Of a stretch of 39,456 nt of DNA, positions 12,301 to 24,300 are shown piece by piece. A program made the translations under genes and the position numbers. Source of the DNA: Sphacelaria rigidula. Its lineage: Eukaryota. The stretch is from assembly GCA_964200075.2 (NCBI GenBank), contig CAXNAA020000012.1:1-39456 (forward strand), given 5' to 3'. The stretch's first letter is position 1. Every line of letters starts with the position of its first letter. The notes under the pieces are model-generated. The model worked only from the letters and a program-made list of their open reading frames with translations. It was not told where the DNA came from and did not search any database.

Positions 12301-15300
12301 CCAGTACCTAAGGTCTCTTGAAATCTTGAGAGAATTAGTGCGGACTTTTGCCAGTAACACGAGAGCATGGGAATCAGATGCACAAAGCCGCCGTATAACA
12401 GCGGGATAAACACAGCGTTCAGATGCTATTCAACTCAGGTAGCAGAGTTACAATGTACCCATCCCATTGCCAGAAGAAGTATGTATCACCTCCTCATTGT
12501 CATCGTCAGGTCCATTGGGAGCGGGAACGCACGCCAGCGAAGTGAACTTGAAACCCCAGTCGAAGTTCGACTGATCGGAGCGGAAGACCACCACGAAACT
12601 GCCGTTGGAATAACAACCACCGCGGGAGAAACATGCAGACATGCAGACATGGACACATGGACATGAACATTACCAAAAGAGCAGCATTTACCACTTTAGC
12701 AGAAGGAAAGTGGTATACGATGAAAAATCATGCCTCATGCACCATAAGAGAAGAAAGTATGAGACACTGCGCGGACCACATGACCAAACACAAAATACGA
12801 GAAAGCGGAGAGCATAAATCGAACCTCTAAGTCAGCCCATCACAGCGATTAGCGAGAACAGCGCAGGGATCCCTTCACCCAGATACAACTACGGTATATT
12901 CTAAAAGGTTCCGTCCCGTCTCGTATTCTGGGGGCAACGCGAAAATATCCCGTCCCGTCCCGTCCCGTCCCGTCTCGCCCCGTCCTTATTGGACGTCCGT
13001 GACCGTTTTCCGTGCTATTTCATGGGACGTTCCGTCAACCGAATGTCCATTATCACGGGAGAGAGAAGTCTAGTGATAGAGACGTCTCTCGCTGGTGAGA
13101 AATGCTAAATGAAGTCGATGTTCGAGTGTGTTGATCATGACACGGCTGAACCGTACTGTTATTACGCCATAGTGTATAGGAATGGACGTGCGGCTTTCAA
13201 GTCGATCCCGATTCTACGGCCACATTCCAAATGGTTTTTAATGGCAGACTGACTCTGTTTTTTCGGATCTTCGCCACAAATGGAATGCTTTGCTACAAGA
13301 ATAGCCAAAGGCAAAAACTTTGAACCAGTTCCAGTGCTCCCTGCGTCGGCCGGCCACACTCTAACTTGACGGCACAGCAGGGAGTTGTTACATGAAGCGC
13401 GACAATCGTCAACTATCATGGTTACTCCCTGGAAGCGGGAGAAATTTGATTCAACCAAGCTTGCCGTTCTGCTGCTATGTTGGATGCTGCTGGGTTGCTC
13501 TTGCTTGTTTGAATGTTTTCATGTATTTGGGTGTCGGCGTCTGTGAGCCACTTCTTTGTCGTGTCTCGCTGAGTGTCCTAGCCACGGTCGTTGCTGCCGC
13601 CTGTTGTATGTGTGTCGAGATTGTGCCGTCAGTGTCGTCATTGTGTCTTCGCGAATCCCGTCTTGATTTCCTGTAAAAAGCTCTCGACACAACAATATGC
13701 GTCCATCCGTACAAATATCCAGACAAAAACACGCAATACGACTTGAACTGCTTGCCTCACCTGGGGGCGTTGATGATGAGAGGAGGCCTTCCTCCTAGCC
13801 CAGGCCAGTTCGAGTGAGAGCCGTCCCGGCCTCCGGAATATTTTTCTTGGCCGAAGTACCCTTCGTCCAAGTCAACACTCTGCCACAAGCGAAACAAACA
13901 TCAACACACAATGCATCTTTCTCAAGGCCGTACAGCAGCACTCATGGAGCAATGGCGTCGGTACTTTTCGCGTTTTATTATCGTCCTGCGCCTTTCGAGG
14001 TCGAATGACCATAGCTTAATACGCATATCGTCCGCAGATTGGAATTGATCTACGTGAACATCGATTTGAGAAAGTGACATAGGCAACGCAGCGGTTCAGC
14101 AGACAGGCCTCTCGCTCTGAGCGGCGACACCAAAAGGAAAGCTCGATCAATGACAGTGACGGCACCGGGGACGATGGTCATTGTCGCGGTTTACGCCGAA
14201 ACAATACTTTCACGAAAATGTAGGAGGCAACATCAACAACAAGGATCCAAACACGCCAACAAGCTGACCTTGCGAAACGTGACGTAGTCGTGGTTAGGTT
14301 CGGTCTTGGTCATAGGGTCGAACGTTATGGAGTAACTCACAGCACCAGGCACGGCTACTTCCCATGTCCTGGGGAGAGGGATACAACGGGTATGAAGCAG
14401 TTCGCAGGAGGGAGAGAAAGGAGGTTATCCACGAGAGGTCGATCCTCATGAGGGTGCTGGTGCCTGAGGGAAACTCCTCCTTCTTTGAAGATGTGCGTGA
14501 AAAACACTCTCAAAATGACGACCAATCATCTATCGCAACGAGCAGTGCGACCCTCGTCCTGCTTTCATCTCATATCCCCCCCCCCCCTGCCGCCCCCCGA
14601 AATCCCCATCACCGACCACCACACTCGCCGCTCATGACTTACTCGTCGGTATTGTTGGCGTAGGGATGCTGAGATTCCACGATATTCTTTGGCATTCCCA
14701 TTCCATGATTCAGCATGTGGGCGGGAACCCGTGCTTCAGTGTCTTCCTCTCCGTCTATGTAGATGCGAGCTCTGCGGATTTAGCGAGACCGACACACGGC
14801 AATAGGAAAAACAGAAGAGGCGAAGTGCGAGGGGTATGTTGGGTGAGATCGATTCTATCCGGGGCCAGGAAAGAGTTAGAACGTCCCTTGGTCTGTGAAA
14901 CATGAAATTCTCGCATCTGCTGCGACCGTTTCCCGGTTGGACTCTCCGAACTGAACGGGCCACGCAACGCATGCAGCGGCACCTGTTTGAATCCTACCCT
15001 TACCCCAATTTTTTCTCGAGAAAGCGATGCTTGGTGATCATCCTGCCGCCCTTTGTTTCTCAAGCTAGCCTACACGCAAACGTGTATAAATGAGAGGGGG
15101 TATTGGATGCGCAAGCACAGCCAGCAGAAACGTCGCGTGAACCTTTGTTGTCCCGAGAAACTGAGCACACGCGCATAACAAGGAACATATGGTAAGGCAC
15201 CGAGCACGGTTCGCACAGGTACATATCACCCCAAAAGACAGCTTTGTACTCGTCTTTTGAAGTTGCGTCATGAGAAAGCTCTGCGAAAAGGATATGTGTG

Positions 15301-18300
15301 AGGGAAGGGAGCATTGTTCCAGACATGTAGATCTCTCTCGAATGTACGTACTCCTAAAAGTTGGTTTCTCTCAGAACAGCCAACCCCGGCTACATACATA
15401 ATTCCAGGTCATACCCCGAAGCGACACATGTAGGCAGCAAACAAGAAGAAGAAATACATGGTGTGCCGAGCAACGTCAACTCAAGTGCACGTGATAATAC
15501 GGCCACATTTCAAATACCAGACTCATCCCTCGACCCTGTAGCCGCAAATGGGTACCACTCTACGTCACTCGCTCAACGTCGGGTTGCAGGTGTTGTTCAA
15601 AATCCCGACTTACTCCGCGATCCAAACTGCAATCGGAGGTCAGACGAAACCATATCATCCACAGCGTAACTGAAAAACATGTACAAACACAGGACCTACA
15701 CGTACTTGTACGTATGAAACGCCCACATGCTACGAATCGCGATACGCGCAGCAGCGCCGTGCGACTCCCGGTCATAGATTACTCGCAACATCACACCATT
15801 GAGGACATGGAAAACTCTCACGAACAGGACGCATGCAAGATTCGTGTCTACTTCAAAACTCGCGATCCCACTTGAATTGCGACGGGAAAAAAAAGGCATG
15901 AACGGCGCGAAACTTATGTGACCCTCACCGAGTATAAGCGCTTGTGCAAGTGCTGACGGTCATTGGCTTTTGTCCAACACGGTTCTAGGGCAAAAATCAA
16001 TCGGAAACACATATGATCCTTCCGCCAGGAGCGAACGATTTGATCCAGTCCCGATTAATTACTGAAGTGTACCTTATGCTCAATACATCCCTGCTTGCGG
16101 GTAGGTAGAGGTCCAAGCCGTTTGAATCGTTTGCACTGGCGCATCCTGAAACGCAATCCAATTCCGTACCAACGGTCTTGGGAAAATATCAACAGTGATG
16201 TACCATCGTAAATCGTTCGCAAAAGTGCGGCGCCACACCACTTGAGTGCAAAAGGCTCCATTCCTATGTTGTGATCTCCCTCTCCCCCTTCCTTCCCGGA
16301 CGTCCTTCCTCGAATATCCGAACATGGACTGCTACCATAAAAAGCGCAAAAGATAAGCTTCCTGTCACATCTGTACCCTTCACACGACAGAGCTGTGAAG
16401 GTACCACCGCCGAGGCATGGGGGGGATATCGTCGTGGGTCACCGGGGGTCAGCCACTGGAACGAGGCTGTGTTCTCGTTATTGTGTGTGACTGTGTTAAC
16501 GTGCGTGTTTAGACGTAGCATCGAGCACAGAGGAGAAGGGAAGGTGAGGAGTAGATGACACATGTCTGCCTCATCCTCGGAGTGGATGGTGACCCAAGAT
16601 GGCGGAGTATCCGCTCCATGGCGACATTTTACGACACACGATGACGCATTTGTGTGTACGCGTTGAGGACAGGGATTTCAGAGCTAGTATTTTACACCCT
16701 AGTTACGGGTGAAGTGCCTGCACGACCGGACTGGACAACTGGCGGATCGCATCCACAAGAACCGCAACGACCCCTTCGGTGTTGAGTACAGCACGGGTTC
16801 AAGCAGCGGAGTGCCATCCGATGGAACCGCGATTCTAATGCGCGACTTGATCAAGGTTATGGCAGAAACGAGCTTCTCGGACAATCGCACGGGAACAAAT
16901 TGCCGTGGTTGTAAAGGATCTCCGTGCTGTGCAACACGGTTGTCGGACACGAACATGATGAACAACTTATGCCTTGCGTGGGTGGTGAAGTCGTTGACGA
17001 GCGTTTTCCTTCTGCTGCGGCGGGGGAGCATTGTTCCGAATAGTCTTTCGAAACCACGAGTTCAACAAACAGTAACCACGTGAAATCAGCGTCGGCCGGG
17101 AAGGGTCATGCCGCGGTGCTGAGGCAGAGGTAGCGCCAGCCGCAGAAGTATATACGAAACGTGCGTCCAATGTGACGAAACTGCGGTGAGAGGGGAGGGG
17201 GAGGGGTTGATCGTGCCGAACAGACGGAAGACCCCCAATCCCGTGGCCGGAGTGGTTCAGGAATGCGGCCCAACTGCAAGGAAGTTGAGCAACGTCGAGC
17301 AGCGTAAAACTAGCAAATCGGGGGAGGCGGGTCATCCCGCAGTGCTTTGGCAAACCGTGCGGGCGGTTACCATGATTGCGGGAGAAGGGCACAAATTGTT
17401 CCAGGCAAACGGAGGATCCCGTTCGCCCGCGGCCGGGGTTCGGCAAAATCGACCCCAAAAGAAGGAAGTACAGTGATGTTGTTTGGATATCCCTCAGGAG
17501 GGTGGAAAACGCACGCATGGATCGCTAGCGTTTTGCTGGGGTCTTGGATGCCGTTGGCTTCAGAGGATGGACTTCACCCACAGCAGCACACTCATGCGGC
17601 AGCAGCTCCCCCCAGGACCACCCCTGCACGTCACTGTACCTGCAGTACCCTGGTGCGATAAACATGACCACGAGCGGATGTTTTCATTTCAATACGGCTT
17701 GATCGATTGATTTGATCGTCGCACGCCAATTGATTCCCGAGGGATCCAGCGCATTCATCATCCACGAAGTAGACTATACCCGAGAGAAGACAATACAGAA
17801 ACACCCGTCAAACAGCAAAATGATTGAAAAAAAGGAAGGGGATAGGACTGACAAAGTAGTAAAAAAACAAACAAACACCAAGATGGAAAAATACACAAAT
17901 ACGGGCACAGTGAAAACAGGCCCGGCATCCAGTTGACGATCATCGATTGTACTGTAAAACATTGACCACGCAGATCGCCATCGAAATGTTGTGCTTGCCA
18001 AGAAAGCATTACAGTATGAAAAGCCCACACATTGCGAACAATGTCCCTCTCTGTCCTCAGCTGAGGTTGGCCACGTTGTTTTCAATTCCTCATGAATGCA
18101 GGCATCTTCCATCTCGACCAGGTTGCTTCTTGCCTCTGTGGCAGCCGCTGAGGGGCTCGTTGCGATCGACGCCCTTTGTTTCATTCAACTAGGGTCCCGC
18201 GATTTCCTGGCGATCACCGCACGTCCAATGAAACCACAATCAAGTCTCCCATACCAGCCCCTCCCAGCTGCGCGACGGCTTCTGGCATTGTGCAACCCAG

Positions 18301-21300
18301 TTGAACTATGCACGCCACATAATTCTCACAGTGTATCCAGAACATATTACTGGGCTGTAGCGTGGGGTAGTACGGCAGAGTGAAGATAACACAACCAACA
18401 TTATGCTCTCGCATGAACAACTCCATCGCCATCATCGGCTTGTCGGGCTATTGCCTCATGCTACATTGGTACGTCGCAAGAGTCACCTGGTAAGGGTTCG
18501 GCCCATCGGGTGCTGGAAGCCCACCTTTGGCTTTTGAGTGAGGTCTTGGAACTCTGAACCCGAAATATTTACTCATCTAAATCGAGAGGTGACTCCCCCG
18601 CCCAGTTCACGCAGTCTGAAGGCGCTGACGTCTTCCGAGCTCTGACGCGGGTTCTTCCATGCATACGGCATACCGCGATTACACGCGGCATTGTCGACAG
18701 CCAACATCACCCGCTTCCTCGGATATATCTATTTGAACATTGGCAAGAATTGCTTTTGCAACTAAACGTCAGACATGTCTGCACCCATGTTTCTGTGATC
18801 AAAATGAATGGAGTTGTCGACAGCACCATACAACCTCCTTGCTGTGAACAACATCTCGATCTTGACCCGATGATCAGAATTGATGTTGTCTGTCGTCTAT
18901 ATTTTCTCTACATTCTTCATTTAGCCCGCTCCCTTACGGTAAGTTGAAAGACAAGTCTGCAACGAGGATGGAACAACAACAACGAATGTGTCACGATGCG
19001 AGCACCCTCGTCTTCTCTAGGCCTGAACGCTTCCCCCGCCGCCTCCTCATATTGCCTGTGTTTCCCCGCAGCATATTCCTCTCCATCATCCTGTCCTACA
19101 AAGAATTCTTGATCCTGCTTTTTGAAGATCCTCGAGCTCCTCTATGGAAGCACTCGACCAAGCGGTTGGAACCATCCATGGGATGCTCTCGTCTTTGCGG
19201 ACCCATTGAAGCCTTATTCTCTATGACTCGATTGATGGTGTACAGCTTGGGATGTTCGAACATCAGAAACGACTTGTCCTGAGGGCGTGTGGACCGATGC
19301 TCTTTGTCCCCACATCCGTTCTCTGTTGTAAGAGTGCGCAGCTAATCGGGACACACTGTTCACAGGATACTCCTGCTATCTGTGCCTGGGCATCCCCTGC
19401 TCACTCTGCTAGTGCACGTTGGCGCGTAGGCTAGGTTGAAGAAGAAATGTGGCGGAATTACGATGAATTATATTCTGCTGGACAAAAACGAATTTACAAA
19501 AACTCAACCGTATTGTACCATACACCTGAACTGGATTGAAATTTACTTTCGTTATCCCACGAGCACGAGCAGGACATTCACCGCGTTTCTCGAGATGATA
19601 TTTGTTCTGATACTGGGCGCGCGCGCTTCCCCCCTCGACGTCAGACACTCTAACGGGAGAAATCTCAAGTGTTCATGATGTCATTCATCATTCAAGTATA
19701 TCTGTCGTCAAAAACTTTATTCTGCGATTCCTCAACTTTCGCAGAGATTCGCCCCAACGCCCATACCTGCTCTTCGCCTGAACCACGGCGACGTGCGTCC
19801 AGGTGTTGGGCTGAAGCGCATGTTTAGTGGTCAGCGTGAATAGCTGATCTTGCCCAGAGGTGGCAGAGTACCTGGGGTACATGAAACAACCAACAGTCAT
19901 GTTACGGGAAAAGGACGCCGAAACTGCGGACTAAATGACACCAAATCTATCATCACCAAGATTGAATGAAGCTCTGCATAACAAAGCACCAGCATGGTCT
20001 TTACTCGAGTGCGCGACTTAGTCCGGTTTTGCGCTGCTCCGAACGACGATACTATTCAGACCGGAAGCCCTGCCATGTCTAGAGCACAAGGAATCAACGG
20101 CACAGCTCATGCAGCGGTGGCTGTACCGTGTGAGCCGCTGCACAGTTGTTGCGCAAGGGAGATATATCAGCAGTCTAGAATACACGTGCACTCTCAACCA
20201 AAAGCATGCAATGTGGTTCACTGATTGCCAGGGCACAGAGCAGTTGTGCCGGTCCTTGGGTAGCGAGATCATGGCATCACCGTACGCCCAATACATTCAA
20301 TAGCCACCACGACGCATTCAAGTACATGCATTTGATACAAGTAATTCAGAGGTTCCTCACATGAGAGTGCCGTTTCCCACCAGGGAGACGCCGAACTGGC
20401 TCCACGGAGTGTTCCGTTCTTCCTCTGGGAGATTGTTGCTGGCCCCCTTCCATATCACGTTACCTCCCACCGAAGGATGCACCTTAACAACCTCCCATAC
20501 CTACAGAAAAGCATACACGAGGCAATTCACAAAATGCGTGCTTGTCAGTATGATGGTGGGAAAGGCTGGGACGTCTCAGAAGCGACAAAATTCAGAGGGA
20601 GTACATTTCTTCGGTTCTTCAAGAAATATGCCCCCTTCACAAGGGAGCAATACCAGCAAGTCAAGACAGTCAACGAAAATGAGATGGATGACGAACACGT
20701 AGCCAGAGAGCGCGTACCCCGGGTTGCAAGGCTAACAGGGTGCCACATTTCGACACTTTATCGATCAATAGTCTTCCTTGATATTACACTACATGGTGAT
20801 CCACCGTACGGGGCCCGGACGCCTTTGCCGCTGACCATCTCAATTCCCTATGCAGTAGAAAAATGTCAAGAAATGTAGAGGCCATCGGGGTCGCCGTGAC
20901 TGCAGTATTCCATGTAAGGAGACGTCGAATTTCTTCAGAGGCTAAATAGTTTCAATATCGTTGCACATCAGGTGGTGCCTACATATCAACTGCCCAGTGC
21001 AGCAGCTCACCAACAGGTCATCCACAGATGCAGGTGCAGAATCGTTGTCGTTGATAGGGGCGTCGGCCACCGCCCCCATCTTGTACTTGCCCTCTTCTCC
21101 AGTCAAGAACCACTTGACAGTAGCTGTCATCTCTGACTTCATGACGCTCACCACCCTTCCCACGCCACCTGGCCCGCCGTCCGTCATGTTGCCCAGTGGC
21201 CACTTGGGCCCTCGAGCAACACGGTCACCGGCCTTGGCGGGAGAAAACCACAGACCCGCCTTGGCATCCAACGGACAAGAGTCGCGCCGCAGCTGAAGCC

Positions 21301-24300
21301 GGCGCATCACAGCACATGGATTCGTTAGTACCCAACGGTATCGAAAGCGAAGATAGAGAAGACACGAGGAATATATGAGCGATACGTGCCATACATGGTC
21401 GGTGGAACCTGCCGACGACAGTACTCCGTGTTTTTGTTACCAGGATACAGTACAACACCGCGGCATTAACCCTTGGACAGCGAGAGTAGGTCACCTGTTG
21501 AATCGGCATCAATTTCACTTGAAAAAAGTATGCATGATCCAGAAAGACTAACCTCGCGGTCTAAGGAACATAGAACAGAGTTGATCAGAAAGAGCGAAAC
21601 ACAAATTTCAGGGATAGGGCGGCTGGGTTTGACAAGCGCGGTGGTGAGAGCCGGTTACCAGCTGTAACAAACACTATTTCTAGGGCAAATAAGCAAGAGA
21701 CGAAAGTTCGGAGCAACGCAAAAAGTTGAGAGTACAGCGGACTGCCCAAGGCCACGTCTCATGATGAAAAAAACACTCCCTGAAAATGTCTAGGTTGGCG
21801 ACTATGCGCTGGTCTTGACCCCAAAACGGGTTTTGGCGGGTCATGCCACCTCGGGAAGACACGCTGTACTCTCCGACAGGATTCCGGCGCTTGCTGATCT
21901 TTCACACTCCCACTTTGACTATTAGTCGAACAAACTATTTCTCATACAACTTGATATATCATACGCTTCTGTGAGTGTTATTCATGTTTTTTGGGAGAAC
22001 TCCAAGAAGAATTTGGATTGTATGAGAGATGACTAGCACGGCCTCGTATCAAACGGGCGTTCAAAAAATCACCTAGAAGAGGTAGTATGGCACGTTTTTC
22101 CGAGGGGGCACAATCCGCCAAGTTCATTTTCAGAGTCAAATCATTGCTAATTCGCCAAAACAAGCATTTTTCATCATCATGTTTTTGAACACATAAAAAC
22201 GGTCCAGCCGTCACGTATGGGATTGCTGATGATGGCAACGCAGCAGGAGAGCACAACAAGCTGCTCACTCATGACAAGGAACTAAAACACGACGCGGTTA
22301 CGCATGAAAAGTACCGACTTCCCCAACGACAACCAGCTTTGACAAACTCAAGGCGCACCGCAACATGACCTGCACGAAACATGAGTGTTGAATTCCTTAC
22401 CCAAAACGTTATCGAATGCCGAATGCCCATTTCTCGGTGAGCTGCTACCCTGCCGAGGTCTTCACGCCCCAGTCGCATTCCGTTCCGCAGCAAAGGGTAT
22501 CCGCTTGTAGCAGGCGGGGTTGACGCGAACCCTCCCCGAACGATAGTGTTTAAATCTGTAAGCCGACAGAATATTAGACATTTTATTCGAAAGTGGACCT
22601 GTACTCATGCACGTGATTCGACAAGCGAGCAAGAATGCTCGGAAGCGGCGTTAGCGCTCTGTCGGTAGCATATCATTCGACGATGCTAGTGGATACCACG
22701 ACAGGATTTTCGCTGCTAGCTCAAAACCCTTTACCCTTGGAGCGCCCAGCGTGTTCTGTTGAATCGGCACCATGTTCCCCTGTTGAATGCCCTGCCAACC
22801 ATGATTGTTGTCCTATAGGCACTCGAAGCGTTTCTTTCGCCTACTAGTTTCAAGACCGTAAGTTGGTGCATAAAAGTCAAAGTTTTTCACTTCACCTTCA
22901 CGGGGTTTGGACTCGTCTGTTACGAAGGTGAAAAGCGAGTCGTTGATACCCAGACTTTCGTTGCGCTTCTGGACGTTGGCGGAGGCTCGCCCCATCTGTC
23001 TGACCAACACGTCGAGCAGCCTGAAAACATGAAGGCAGAGAAATAAGCACAGGAACGCGAGACTTTGTATAAGCATATCTGCGACGTCGGTGTACTTTTT
23101 TTGACGCGAATCTCCACCAGCATTACGTGGATAATCCGCCAGAACCATTATACAAATTTGGCGAGGAGACAGAGACTTTTGTCCAAACCCATATTGCGCT
23201 CATCTGTTTTCTCAACTGAAGTTCTGTGTAGGGAGGAAGAAACAGCAACAAGACGGACGCCTTGATGTTGTCGTGGTCTACGCTACAAGCTTGATAAGGT
23301 CGTGATCAACGGTACCCCTGGCGCTCGGGACAGCGATGATGCACCCTGCATGGGCTTTTTCTGCGGGAGCGGTTTGACTAGAAGCTATTCGGCTGAGACA
23401 ACCTGCACAAAAGGCAAAGGCAATAGTGACATGTTGTGGTAAGTCGTACCTGTGACTGAAGCCAGTGGGCTCCTCCAGTCGTGTCTCCAACCCCTGCCCT
23501 TCAAGGCCGACACATCTGGGCAGCAACACCTCAAACAGACACCAAGCCGCCTTCCGCACAAGCACCTCGTCACCCCGCGGATCCGCCGAATCATCCCTGT
23601 CGTGCAACTCTTCCTCAAGCTCTTCAGCAAACTGTTCCATCAACTCGTTTTCCAGTGCATCCAAATCTTCTTCCTTCCCTTCATCGTCAACGTCAGCATC
23701 ATCATTTTCTCGTCGAGGTGCAGGTGGAGATGATGGTGGTGTTCTCCAACTCTCTGAGTCTCCGTCGGAGTCGGAGTGTTGGGCATCCAAACCGGCGACA
23801 CCACGGCCTCCTGTCGTCTCTTCGAAGCCCTCGAGAAGTGGCTCTAGCACCTTTGATCGGGTTTTCAGTAGAACATTGATGGATTTCGGGGTGGCAAGGG
23901 ATACACACTACATTATCACCGACCCAATACTTCACCCTCCCGGGACGAGTGCAGGCATGCCTGAGAAAAAGGTTTGCCGACGCTGCCTTCATTTCGAAAA
24001 ACATGGCAAGTGGCACGAATTTGTCGGGTGTCGCAGTAAAACAAAATGGGACATAAGATTCGGGCCAAGTTCTTTTGTATTGACCGAACTATATTTAGAC
24101 ATTTAGCATATAGCCTAAACTTCGATATGCACACATGTTTGGTTACTCGGTCGGCAAGCGCGTCCAACACGTTTCGCACCCACTGGAGCAGCAACTGCTG
24201 TGTTTCACTCCCGAGTCCGGAAACTATGCGTAACATAAACGATAGACGGTGGCGAAGAATATTAATATCAAACTTTTACCGTCGAAAATATGTGTTTCTG

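Noticed and set aside
16324-17730. Opposed peptides WTATIKS (+, ~16325) and WRATIKS (-, ~17728) suggesting an inverted duplication
   Set aside because: Only 7 codons with no extended DNA similarity, which is expected by chance in six-frame translations.
19641-19692. Intronic C/D-box snoRNA (ATGATGA...CTGA on the - strand)
   Set aside because: Only ~52 nt, no terminal stem, and no convincing rRNA-complementary guide that I could recognise.
23465-24106. Long + strand ORFs (213 aa here; also 1971-2309, 6880-7245, 20961-21296)
   Set aside because: Antisense shadows of GC-rich minus-strand exons, with low-complexity or unrecognisable translations.
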